NCBI RefSeq assembly: GCF_006345805.1
Contig: NC_042999.1
Location: forward strand, 20,956,001 to 21,020,000
Origin: Octopus sinensis
Lineage: Eukaryota
Direction of reading: 5' to 3'
DNA length: 64,000 nt
Both the position numbers and the translations under genes were made by a program. Below, in pieces: positions 12,675-24,838 of this stretch. The notes under the pieces were generated by a model that saw only the letters and a list, made by a program, of their open reading frames with translations, searched no databases and was not told the DNA's origin. Each line of letters begins with the position of its first letter. Position 1 is the stretch's first letter.

Positions 12675-13980
12675 ATTCTCCCCATTATTTATATTTGGCG
12701 GATATTTGTCCTCATCTTGTTTGTTGTTAACACGTTTCGGCTGATATACGCTCCAGCCTTCATCGAGTGTCTTGGGGAAATTTTGAACCTGGGTTCTCAT
12801 TCCTAAGGTATTTTTCGATATTATTATTATTCAGGTCACAGCCTGGAATAGAACTCGGAATCTTGCGGATAAGTAGCCCGCACTCTGTATTTTAGGGCTT
12901 ATAAATCTAATATTTTTCAATCCTTCCTTAATACCAGTTCCCATATGCTGTTCATATCTGCACTCGGTCTGCTTCTGAGGTTGTTGTGTCCTAGCTTATG
13001 CGCTGCTTTTAGTTTTTGTATTTTCCAGTGGTGTTCTGTCTATTATTCTAACTTCATACCATTTTCCATACATGATCAGCTCTACCCGATTTATCAATAT
13101 CTCCTCGTGTCACAGCTTTGTGATGTTCGTCTAACCTTATTTTGAGGGGGCGGCATGGTTCGCCTATGTATAATCTACCACAGTTGCATGGGAGGGAGTT
13201 GACGCAGGTTTTGGTCATATTCTCTTCTAATGGTGGTTTTACTCGAATGAGATATTTGCGAAGTGTTGTATTACTCTTGAAAACTGTTATTTGGGCCGCG
13301 TAGCTTTTGTATATTTTCGGAGAGGCCTTTCACATTGGGTAGACTGACTGTGGACTGTTTATTGACCTCATCCTCACTCCTCTCTTCTTCATAAATGGAG
13401 TGGATAATATACTTTTGGGCGCATGGCTCAATTGGTTAGAGCGTCGAGTTTACGATCGTGAGGTTGTAAGTTTCATTTCCGGACCGGGCTGCGTGTTGTG
13501 TTCTTGAGCAAGACACTATATTTCACGTTGATCCAGTTCACTTAGCTGTAGAAATGAGCTGTGATGTCACAGGTGCCAAGCTGTATCGGTCTTTACCTTG
13601 CGCTTGGATAACATTGGTGGCATGGAGAGGAGAGGTTGGTAGGCTTGGGTGACTGCTGGCCTGCTATAAACAACCTTGCCCTGACTTGCGCCTTGGAGAG
13701 TAACTTTATAGGTGCTATCCCCTGGTCATTCATGACCGAAGGGGGTCTCCCCCGCCTGGTATACTTTTGGCGTAGTTGTTGCTTAACAGATCGTTATTGA
13801 ACTTGATTATTTCTTCGTGGTATGTATCACGATCGCTACTTATATTCTTTGTACGATGCTTTAGGCACTGAGCAATCCTTCTCTTTATACTGTATGGATG
13901 GTGGGAATTGAAGTTGAGGTATCGTTCAGTAAATGTCGGCTTGCGGTATACGGATGTCCTGAATCCATACTTGGTGCGTG
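12675..13980 (-). mobile_element. Penelope-like element (Poseidon-like), 5'-truncated, left arm of inverted pair
   Basis: Reverse complement of 13981-15090 with clear divergence. RTKYGFRTSVYRKPTFTERYLNFNSHHP. Interrupted by a SINE at 13419-13759. Confidence 0.85.
13419..13759 (+). mobile_element. tRNA-derived SINE family D (CORE-like), full length with 11-bp TSD
   Basis: Head ggcgcatggctcaattggttagagcg, core ttgtgttcttgagcaagacact. TSD tatacttttgg at 13408-13418 and 13760-13770. Confidence 0.88.
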
Positions 13981-15090
13981 TTAAAAAAAAAAGACAATCA
14001 GCCTGCATTCCTGGACATATTAATACCACGCACCAAATATGGATTCAGGACATCAGTATACCGCAAACCGACCTTTACTGGACGATACCTCAACTTCAAC
14101 TCCCACCATCCATACAGTGTAAAGAGAGGGATTGCTCAGTGCCTAAAATATCGTGCAAAGAATATAAGTAGCTATCGTTATAGACACCACAAAGAAATAA
14201 TCAAACTCAATAACTATCTTTTAAGCAACAACTACCCCAAAAGTATACTATCCACTCCCATTATGAAGAAGAGAGAGGATGAGGCCAATATTCTGTCCAC
14301 AATGTGTCTACCCTATGTGAAAGGCCTCTAGGAAAAGATACAAAAGATATGCAGCCCATATGACATCAGGACAGTATTCAAGAGTAATGCAACACTTTGC
14401 AAATATCTCCGAGTAAAACCACCAATAGAAGAGAATATGTCCAAAGACTGCGTATATTACATCCCATGCAGCTGTGGTAGGTTATACAAAGCGAAACATG
14501 CCACCCCCTCAAAATAAGGGTAGACGAACATTGCAAATCTGTGTCACGAGGAGATATTGATAAATCGAGTATAGCTGATCGTGTATGGAAAAATGGAGAC
14601 CACCTCCCCATGTGTGATGAAGTTAGAATAATAGACACATAGCACCACTGGAAAATACAAAAATTAAAAGAAGCAGCACATATGCTAGGAAAACAACAAC
14701 CTCCTAAGCAGACTGAGTGCAGATAAGAGTAGCATATGGGAACCGGTATTAAGGAAGAATAGAAGAATATTAGATTTATAAGCCCTAAAATTCACTCTAT
14801 AATTGCCCATATGCACATGACGTAGTGGTTAAGTGCGCGGGCTACTAAGCCCAAGATTCCGAGTTCTATTCCAGCCAGTGACCTGAATAATACTTATAAT
14901 AATAATAATAATAACATCGAAAACTAGCTTATGAATGAGAACCCAGGTTCGAAATTTCCCCAGGACACCTGATGAAGGCTGGTGGGTATATCAGCCTAAA
15001 CGTTCAGTTAACAGCGAACAAGATGAGGACAAATATCCGTCAAATGTAAATAATGTACATAATTCCTCATCTCTTAAATGTAGAACTGTA
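13981..15090 (+). mobile_element. Penelope-like element (Poseidon-like): RT C-terminus, GIY-YIG endonuclease, HHR-bearing 3' repeat
   Basis: FLDILI..TSVYRKPTFTGRYLNFNSHHP..NNYP..LPYVKG, then CVYYIPCSCGRLY (GIY-YIG), with stops and frameshifts. HHR remnant CTGATGA-aggctg..cagcc-taaac at 14969-15001. Confidence 0.88.
14812..14885 (+). promoter_or_regulatory. tRNA-like Pol III internal promoter (A/B boxes) embedded in PLE 3' region
   Basis: A-box-like tgacgtagtgg (14818-14828) and B-box-like gagttctattcc (14861-14872). The B-box part is at the same position in the left PLE arm (~12830-12885). Confidence 0.6.
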
Positions 15091-15548
15091 AATTCTCTCA
15101 TGGTAATCTTTTCTACACCCGGTGCAAAGTCTCTTATTTTGGAAGAGATGCATATCGCCTATATCGACCCCAGGATGTAATTTTAACATATAGCGACCTC
15201 AAATCGATGAAATTCAAAGTACATATGGTGATTTTATTATGTAAATACGGACGAAATTTCGCTAAGCATTTTGTCCGACACGCTAACGATTCTGCTAGTT
15301 GGCTGCTATAAATAATACAAGTTTCCACTTTAGACAAACACTTTTGAGGTATAATTTAGTCCACACCATCGACCCAAGTAATTGAATGACACTTTAATTT
15401 TTACATCGTAAACGGATGAAAAGTAAAATTAAAATTGGCGTAATTTGAAATTAGACCGAAAAGTAAAAGAAATATCGCAAGGCATTTTCCCCAGACGCGC
15501 CACAAATTCAGCAAAAAATAAAAGTGTCAATATGAATAGCATTTTTAC

Positions 15549-15712
15549 GGCGGCGAGATGGTAGAATCGTTAGTATGCTGGGCAAAATGCTTAGTGGCAT
15601 TTTGTCCTTCTCTACGTTCTTGGGTCAAATTTCACTCATTTGAGTACTGAGCCCATTCAATCAACATATCACCATCCCCGAACTTGCTGGGCTTGTGATA
15701 AAAATTTGAGGC
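15549..15712 (+). mobile_element. SINE family A, degenerate
   Basis: ggcggcgagatggtagaatcgttagtatgctgggcaaaatgcttag. An opposite-strand fragment lies at ~15355-15505. Confidence 0.7.
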
Positions 15713-16785
15713 GAATATGTATACTCATTTTCAATATTTCATATTTTGAAATATATAACTTATAAAAATGATACAGAAAAGAAACAGTTGTCAGCATATA
15801 AAACCTAAAAACTAACAAATGAAAGCTTCAGAAGAAAAAATAACGTCCACAAAATGTATAAGCAAGGTAAAGTGACCATAGATTCCGGATCCTTGCACAA
15901 CATCTTTCGCACAGATTCCTATCCATTATCTTCAGCACGACGCATAACATTTCTAGCTTCTATTTCCAGTGCGGATAACAACACTCACAAATTGTGTTAA
16001 TATAACAATTCACTCAATGAATGAATTGCAATATTTTTTCAGTATCCAGAGGACGTATACTTATCGACCTCTTCTACAGACTATTGTACTCGATCTAAGC
16101 TTTTGTAATTTATGATCAACTATTTTGATTTTTGATAACGGTATATCGATTTTCTAACAAAGATTTTCCACTCTAATATCTTGACAATGGATATCAATAC
16201 ACGACTTCCGGTGAACGCTACCATTATTATGTAATCTTTATATTTCACGAATGATTAAATTGTTCATATAACTGGAGCCAGGTCAAAGATAAGCATTCAC
16301 GATTCGTTTTGTTTTTTAATTGGTGTTTCTTTTGCTGGATCATTCAGTTAGAAGTTGCGTTAATAATTCAAACACTCCAGTCTAAATTGGATATCTATGT
16401 TTCACATTTTAAAAATAACTTTTCACTTGACTGTAAATACATAGTGGTTTGGTGTTGTCTACTAGTTTTTATTTCGTGAATTCGATTTCTCGACTTGTTC
16501 TTGTGCTGTGGCCTTGAGTAACACGGTTTATTTCACGTGGCCCTAGCTGACTCAACTGAAAATATTTACCAGCCCTGTGCTAACGCGGCCCTTTATTCGT
16601 TATTTATATTCTGGATCATTACCAAGGGGATTATTGTTCGCGACTATATAGACACCTAAAAACGTGCAAATGCATAGTACACGTTACATGCTACACACAC
16701 TCGCTTACAAGAAACAAATATACAGATATTACAAGTATTCGACGGGAACCAGTTATGTTTTGCATATTTATATTCATATAAATAT

Positions 16786-17197
16786 GGGCGCAGGAGTGGC
16801 TGTGTGGTAATTAGCTTGCTAACCAACCACATGGTTGCGGGTTCAGTCCCACTGCGTGGCATCTTGGGCAAGTGTCTTCTGCTATAGCTCCAGGCCGACC
16901 AATGCCTTGTGAGTGGATTTGGTAGACGGAAACTGAAAGAAGCCTGTCCTATATATGTATATATATATGTGTGTGTGCGTGTGTTTGTGTGTCTGTGTTT
17001 GTCCCCCTAGCATTGCTTGACAACCGATGCTGGTGTGTTTACGTCCCTGTCACCTAGCCGTTCGGCAAAAGAGACCGATAGAATAAGTACTGGGCTTACA
17101 AAGAATAAGTCCCGGGGTCGATTTGATCGACTAAAGGCGGTGCTCCAGCATGGCTGCAGTCAAATGATTGAAACAAGTAAAAGAGTAAAAGAGAGAG
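16786..17197 (+). mobile_element. SINE family B (CORE-like), near full length
   Basis: Head gggcgcaggagtggctgtgtggtaa, B-box gttcagtccc, core cttgggcaagtgtctt, internal TA/TG tract, tail ggcggtgctccagcatgg...gaaacaagtaaaagagtaaaag. Confidence 0.92.
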
Positions 17198-17989
17198 TAT
17201 AAGTTATCGATTTCTGAGTTAATTGAAATACAAAAGCATTTTTTGTCTTTTGCAATATTTCCTTGTAGTAAAATATTTTTGATCGGGCGCAGTGTAAGCA
17301 GCGTCGGGTTTCGAAGCTTTTACAAGTTGACACATCCCATATGAATTATTTTCTTGATAGCTCCGTAATCTAACTAGAAAATCAAAACGGTTATTTTTAC
17401 CTTACGGTGCTTAACTGCAATAAAAGTAAGGAATACTTGGAGAATTATTTAAAACCCAGTATTACCAGGAACGTGATCTACGCAAATAGACAGATGTTAT
17501 TTGATTAGAGTGACTGCAGGTCGTAAAAGAATCAGATCTTTTTTTTCTATATATCTTATACAATGTCCTTTCCGAGTATATATCATCCTGCCTACGATTG
17601 TTTAATGATCATGCCTAGTGGCTAATGTTTCGTGTTCCTGCATTTCTTCCACTGTAAACAATATAAACAATGCAATATTTCATTTCCTCATAGGAGCAAT
17701 TCAACAACAATGATACCGTTTACTCTCTTTCGAAAAGAAAAAGAAAGACTGGTTATTTCTATTAGAAATATGATTATTTTTTCTTTGTATCTGATAATTA
17801 TTAATATAATTATCATTTCTTTTTATTTGGGTTTTGTTGGAACTTCAGTGTTCATTCATAAATATTGTGCTTGCTCCCAGCATTTTACAGTAGCATGCTA
17901 TTTCTTCCTTTCAAATCTCTAATATTTTCGTGACCAATCTGGCCGTGATGAGGGGGTAAATATTTTGCACCAGATCTACCGGACACTCT

Positions 17990-19090
17990 ATTATCATTTT
18001 CTTGTTGTCCCTCTGAGTATCTCGCGATTACTCTTCATAAGGCCCTAATAATACTCGGCATTATCTTCACATTTTTTCTCCTCCACAGTCGGGTTATGCC
18101 ATATTTAAGAGGACTGTATACGTTTATTTTCTCATATTCCTTCTTAGGGAATCGAATTGACATGCAGCATCAATTATAAAGCGCACCTGGCTTACTCCGT
18201 CCACCTCCGCTACGTCCGGTTTGTTGCACTCAAGTATCTGGTCCGTTTCAGTTAGGAAATCTCTCGGGATTTAGCAAGTCTTCGTCTCAGACACCCTTTA
18301 TGTGTCTTACCTTTCTCAAGCCCCTGTATTCTAACCAGTTTCCAATGCAGAACTTTTGGTACCACGTCATTTTGCCCAAACGTAAACTGGTTTTCGGCAG
18401 GGCTTGGAGATTCCTATACAACATAGAGAAGAATTTCATCAAATCTTTTGCATATTCAGCACAACGGAGCCACTTGCTCCTTTCTAAAACTGCTCCTCTA
18501 ATTTGTGGCTTAAAATTGGTCTTGTGCTACAAGTATAGTGCTCTTAGGCTCCTCTTTAAGAGATCATTTCTTTAACCAATCCAACCGATATTTTCTAGAA
18601 ACTTCTGTTCTGGCTAAATGGAATTACTTGCGTAGTTCCTTTTTAAAGTCGTGCTTCTTCATGCCCCTCTCGTATCTCTCGTGTTATTTTCCTCTTCCCC
18701 GCTTTTAATATGCCTCCTTTTCTAACTGCCAATAGCAAGGTCTCTTCAGTTTTCATTAAATATCACAGAAAGTTCCAATGTTCAATATTCACGCAGGCTT
18801 CCACATTTATCAGTCTTCTTTCTCCATTTGTTCTTTTCCTCTATGGATGACCAATGCCTGCACGTAGATAATGAGTTCCATGCATGCTTAGAGGCTTTAT
18901 GTTGTTCTTGTCCAACTCATTCCGAACCCTTGAAACTGCACGCGAGTTTATTACCGAATTAATGCTTCCGAATTCCACTTTGAATCCAATATCTTTCTTA
19001 ATCGCCGCAAATATTCTTTCTTTGTCTCTTCTTTCATATCATCGTGCTTAATTCCGTCTGCCTTGAGGACACCCAGATATTTATGATACA
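17990..19090 (-). mobile_element. Decayed R4/Dong-like non-LTR retrotransposon (RLE type)
   Basis: YKYLGV..DGIKHDDMKEETKKEYLRRLRKILDSK, and TDQILECNKPD..FIIDAAC (PD..D restriction-like endonuclease). Many stops. Confidence 0.6.
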
Positions 19091-19499
19091 CCAACACCGC
19101 CTCCAACAACAGACGAACAACCATTGTCAAAAGCATGATCATCACCAAACCACCTCCACCAACAATAACCAGGGCTAGCACCAGGAACAAGTACCATCAA
19201 CATTTTAAACACAAGTAAAACCTACCCGACACAAACGGCATCAAAGACATCGCCTCAAAACGAAAAAATAGGAAATTATTTATTGCACAAATATACATAT
19301 ATATCAACATCAAAATTTAACTAAAGCACATGTATCGACGTAAATATCACACAGGGATACAAACTCACAACAGAAAAATAGCAACCATTGTCCACACAGA
19401 TTTTCGAAATTTGTACCCACATTAGAAATAATTAGAAAAATCGTCATCATCAAGACCATCATCATCATCATCATCATCACCACTACCACTATTATTATT

Positions 19500-20660
19500 A
19501 AGACGGCGAGCCGGCAGACACGTTAGCACGCCGGGCGAAATGCTAAGCGGTTTTTCGTCTGCCGTTACGTTCTGAGTTCAAATTCCGCCCAGGTCGGCTT
19601 TGACATTCATCATTTCGGCGTCTCTAAATTAAGTACCAGTTGCGTACTGGAGTCGATGTAATCGACTATCCTCCTCCCTCAAATTCCAGTCCTTGTGCCT
19701 ATGGTAGAATGGGTTATTATTATTGTTTTACTTCTCGGAGCGCTCGGTCTTGTTTGCTCTGGTTGATTCTATGAAAGCGGACAGCAGGTTGTTGTCAAAG
19801 GTTTTACAGGGTCTCTGTCCACACATTATAAGCTTTCATAATTGGTTGTTAACTATCATGGAAGACCTCCAACACCAAGGTACCAATCTCAGAATCCTAG
19901 CTGTCCCCACCAGATCAGTTTTGGGGGCTTGCTCTGCTTTTCTGTCAATTCTATTATTATCATTATTATCATTATTATTATTATTATAATTAAGGCGGGG
20001 AGCTGTCAGAATTATTAGCACGTCGCGGAAAATGTTTAACGGTATTTCGTCTGCCTTTACATTTTGAATTCAAATTCCGCCGAGGTCGATTTTGCGTTTC
20101 ATCCCTTTCGGGGTCGATAAATTAAGTACCAATAGAACACTGGGATCGATGAAATCCACTGCCCCACCTCACCACCAGTTTGAGGCCTCGTGCCTATAGT
20201 AGAAAGGATTATTACTATTATTATTAGTAGTAGCAGTATTAAGGCAGTGAACTGGTAGAATCGTTAGAGCGCTGAACCAAATGCTTAGCGGTATTTCGCC
20301 CGTTGCCACGTTCTGATTTCAAATTCAGCCAAAGTCGACTTTGCCTTTTATCCTTTCTGAGTCGATAAATTAAGTGCCAGTGTAACACTGGGGCGGGGTA
20401 ACGATGTAATTGATTATATCCTCTCGTAAATTTCAGTCCTTGTAACTAGAGTAGACAGAATTATCATTATTATGAAGGCGGCGAGGTGGCAGCATCCTTA
20501 ACACGTTAGTTCACGCTTAGAGTTCAAATTACGCGGAAGTCAACTTTACCTTTCATCCTTTCGGGTGGATAAATTAAGTACCAGTGAAATACTGGGATCG
20601 ATGTGGTCGACTAATCACCTGTCCAAAAATTTCAGGCCTTGTGCCTTTAATAGGAAGGAT
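19500..20660 (+). mobile_element. Cluster of four head-to-tail SINE family A copies (19500-19712, 19994-20210, 20243-20460, 20477-20660)
   Basis: Each begins aggcgg(c/g)gag..., carries the family body and ends in an (ATT)n-like tail. Confidence 0.85.
19790..19950 (-). mobile_element. R4-like LINE extreme C-terminus fragment
   Basis: QAPKTDLVGTARILR resembles the QKTALLGTARILR end motif. Confidence 0.5.
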
Positions 20661-20906
20661 TGTTAATACTCGAAGCGGTAGTGGTTGTAGTAGAAGCAGC
20701 ATCCGCAGCGCCGATTCAACGGTTTCTTTTGTTTTTAGACACAAAATATTAGTAAAAGTAGGTACTAATTACATATTACTGTTTTTGAAACCGTTAACAT
20801 AGTTATACAAAGGATGTAAAATTTGTGGAAAGCGAGAAACGATTGCTAATCAATAATGTGCTTCATAAATTATACAGTAACAAAACCTGTATACACAAAC
20901 GCGATT

Positions 20907-20953
<47 letters not shown>

Positions 20954-21094
20954 CATATACGTACAAATATACGTATACATATATTATATATATATATAGG
21001 GAAGCTTTATGAAAATAGACAAAAGACGAAGGCAGGTGGAAAACAAACAAACAATTGTATTAGTATGGCGCTCAGGAAATATAAATAAAACAAG

Positions 21095-21132
21095 TCTTTA
21101 ACGTTTCGAGCCTACGCTCTTCAACAGAAAGA
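21095..21132 (-). ncRNA. Minimal hammerhead-like motif in PLE-terminal-repeat-like fragment (~21000-21135)
   Basis: tcttt-CTGTTGA-a-gagc-gtag-gctc-GAAAC-GTT-aaaga. Stems I and II pair, A6 is replaced by T. Homologous fragment at 31797-31920 (+). Confidence 0.55.
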
Positions 21133-21145
21133 TACACAGAGAAAA

Positions 21146-21199
<54 letters not shown>

Positions 21200-21832
21200 T
21201 TTTGTTCTGATTTTTTTGAAATCCCTATATCAGCCCTCATTCCCATGAGCTGAATGGTTAGCGCATAACTTACATAACAGACGTTTTCCTTGTGAATTTG
21301 CGCCGTTGAATTTACGTAAGAAACTATCGTTAATCTGTAATCCATAAATAATACACAAAAACATTTCTCCTGGGCAAGTAATATTTGTTTTTATGAGATC
21401 TTGAGAAATTAGGGATTTGATGATGGAACTAATTTTGTATAAGCAGCATCAAAAAATACGTCAGTGATATCCTGGGATTTGTGGGTAGATATTTTAGTTT
21501 ATAAATTTGAGTGTAGTAAGAGATATCTTCGTTGTTGGATGTTAGTCTCCATCACGAGGATGCTAATGAGAATTGTTAAAAAGATTAGAGTCCCAAAGTT
21601 TATTATTAACAAAATTGTTCATAAGCAAAAGACTTTTGTTCAAATCTAACAGTGGTTATGCATTCATTTCTCTTACATTACTTATGTAAAATAGCTACCT
21701 ACAACTATACGAGAGAAACATAAGAATTTAGAATTCTCAGCATTGACGAATGAAGTTAATAAGCGGTGATAATTATATTGTCCTCCATATTAAACATTAC
21801 AAATGAAGAATTGTTTTTTATCAGTGTTACAA

Positions 21833-22246
21833 GGCGAAGGATTGGCTGTGTGTTAAGTAGCTTGATCACCAACCAATTGGTTCCAGGTTTAGTCCCACTG
21901 CGTGGCATCTTGGGCAATTGTCTTCTGGTAGACCAAACCTTTGTGAGTGGATTTGGTAGACGGAAACTGAAAGAAGCCCGTCGTATGTATGTATATATAT
22001 ATATATATGTGTGTGTGTGTATATACATGTATGTGTGTGTATATGTTTGTGTTTCTGTGTTTGTCCCCTCAAGATCACTTGACAAGATGGTGGTGTGTTT
22101 ATGTCACCGTAACTTAGCGGTTCGGCAAAAGAGACCGATTGAATAAGTACTAGGATTACAAAGAATAAGTCCTGGGGTCGATTTGCTCGACTAAAGGCGA
22201 TGCTCCATCATGGCCGCAGTCAAATAACTGAAACGAGTAAAAGAGT
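21833..22246 (+). mobile_element. SINE family B, near full length
   Basis: Colinear with 16786-17197. Confidence 0.9.
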
Positions 22247-22420
22247 ATGGCACTGTGTATTTATTTCCAAGACATTTAAATAAACTCTTCAATATACAGT
22301 ATATTATATTTTATTATATAACTCCTATTCCTGTGAGTACGATGGAACCTATACTTCACTGTGGAGGTCATACGAAGACAGAAATTTCTTCACCATGTGC
22401 TCAAATACTACTGGTTTCAG

Positions 22421-22810
22421 TGGAGGCGCAATGGCCCAGTGGTTAGGGCAGCGGACTCGCGGTCATAGGATCGCGGTTTCGATTCCCAGACCGGACGTTG
22501 TGAGTGTTTATTGAGCGAAAACACCTAAAGCTCCACGAGGCTCCGGCAGGGGATGGTGGTGATCCCTGCTGTACTCTTTCACCACAACTTTCTCTCACTC
22601 TTACTTCCTGTTTCCGTTGTACCTGTATTTCAAAGGGCCGGCCTTGTCACTCTCTGTGTCACGCTGAATATCCCCGAGAACTACGTTAAGGGTACGCGTG
22701 TCTGTGGAGTGCTCAGCCACTTACACGTTAATTTCACGAGCAGGCTGTTCCGTTGATTCGGATCAACCGGAACCCTCGTCATCGTCGTAACCGACGGAGT
22801 GCTTCCATCC
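22421..22810 (+). mobile_element. tRNA(Arg)-like SINE family C, full length, 14-bp TSD
   Basis: Head tggaggcgcaatggcccagtggttagggcagcggactcgcgg, B-box gtttcgattccc. TSD actactggtttcag at 22407-22420 and 22811-22824. Confidence 0.93.
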
Positions 22811-22859
22811 ACTACTGGTTTCAGATTTTGGCAAAAGACCAGCGATTTCAGCGTGCTGG

Positions 22860-23035
22860 TAAGTCAAATTCACTGACTCCACTGCTCAACTTGTACGTAT
22901 TTGATTTGATCGTACTTACTTCGTTAATTCAAAGGGACGAAAAGCAAAGTCGACCTCGGCTGAAGTTGAGCCCAGAATATAAATTCGGACGAAATGTTAA
23001 GAATTTTTCCCGGCGGGTTAACAATTCTGCGCCTT
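22860..23035 (-). mobile_element. SINE family A, degenerate
   Basis: aagcaaagtcgacctcggc...gttaacaattctgcgcc matches the family A reverse complement. Confidence 0.65.
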
Positions 23036-23760
23036 AATTGAAATAATAGTAATATTTAGTTACAAAAGTTCTACTCTGAGTTTTAATGCGCTTTGCATTA
23101 AATAATTTTAGGACTTTAATGAATGATCAGAAAAGAAATATTAAAATGTGTCTCTTTAACGTGTTGGATCAATTTAACCGAACTGGACAATACATAAGTT
23201 GTTATATAGGCTTGGGGCCAAAAGCTGAATGTTCAATTAAGAAATTTCTAATTTACGAAGTCTGAGACTGCTGATGTGTGTCTGTGTCTACGATACAATT
23301 ATGTCTGCCTTTATGTAAGTTGATATTACTGCACAGCATACTTAATTTTCAGTATATTGCAAACAAATTCGCAGACATATCCACTTATTGATTTACCCAG
23401 ATCATTCTATCTTTGAGGCTACATCAAAACAATCCCAATGTTTAATGCAACATCTGTTTCTTCACTGACGAGACACAAGGAAGAATTTAAATAAACGTTT
23501 CTGTCCTCTTTTGAAGGCCAAGCATCTATAACGTTAGTATCCCACTTGCACGGTAAACACGCTATCAACAATCAACGAAATTTCGTCAGTTTTCGATGTT
23601 TACTTTAAAATTGCTGATAATACAATAAATGATATCAGAATTTGCTGATAATACAAATACAATAAATAAACATAAATGTTTTAATAATAATAATGATTTT
23701 TTTTTAACATAGGCACAATGCTTACACAAAGTTTTTAATCATAACACAGATAATATATCT

Positions 23761-23792
23761 CGGTATATATATATATGTATGCGAATGTATGT

Positions 23793-23837
<45 letters not shown>

Positions 23838-23867
23838 AATGTATGTATATATATATATATGCGAATG

Positions 23868-23903
<36 letters not shown>

Positions 23904-23950
23904 AATGTATGTATGTATATATATATATATATGCGAATGTATGTATATAT
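23761..23950. repeat. Minisatellite tatgcgaatgtatgta(ta)n, five units
   Basis: Direct reading. Confidence 0.85.
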
Positions 23951-24787
23951 ATATGTGTGTGTGTCTGTGTGTATGCGATTGTATGTATAAGCATGTATAT
24001 ATACATATGTGCATATCTATATAAGTAAATATACATACAGATGGAAAATATGGGGAAGCTAGTGAATATTCTCTCCCATCTATGTAAACGTGTTACAAGA
24101 TTCCTGCCAAGTTGCCCTCTATCTGGGTAAATATCTATACCAAAAAGCAAATAACCATCTGCAGATCTCTTGTTATTAGGTTATTTTCGTTTCTACATTT
24201 CTTTGTTTTATATATATTATATGTGTGTGTTTTCTTTTCTATTCAATAATTCTTATCGAGAAAGTAGTATTTTTTATATCTTTAATTTATTTTGCTTTAT
24301 TTTTCATGGAGATTTTGTTGCAGTACTTGCTAAATGAAAATTTATTTATTGTTCAATAATATAACTTTCAAAAGTCGATATCTGATAAGAATATTTAAGC
24401 TTACACACGGTCGGCAAAAAAATATCAAATATTATTTTCACTGCAACGATTCAAATGTTATCCTGAATATTGTTGTAAAACAATAACACACAAACACTCA
24501 CAAAATACTCACACTTACAGTCAGAAGGAGGGAGAGAGAGAGAGAGAGAGAAAACAAAAGCAAAAACGTGAATGAATAAATATATAATGTTGCTTAATCC
24601 AATTGTGTGAGATGAAAGTAAATATCTGGCGGGAAATCGTTATCGTACTCCGCTCTTTTCATAATGAAACACTTTGTGAAGAATAAAAAGAAAACACACA
24701 CACATACACTATAATCTTTTATACTACGCAACATTAAAAGACCACTAAAAGCCGTACACATAGTTTTACATAGTCACACGTACACAC

Positions 24788-24838
<51 letters not shown>

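Noticed and set aside
22421-22500. tRNA-Arg-like sequences (also 13419, 30530-30601, 57060-57138)
   Set aside because: They are SINE heads: the acceptor stem cannot close, and they continue into SINE bodies with TSDs.
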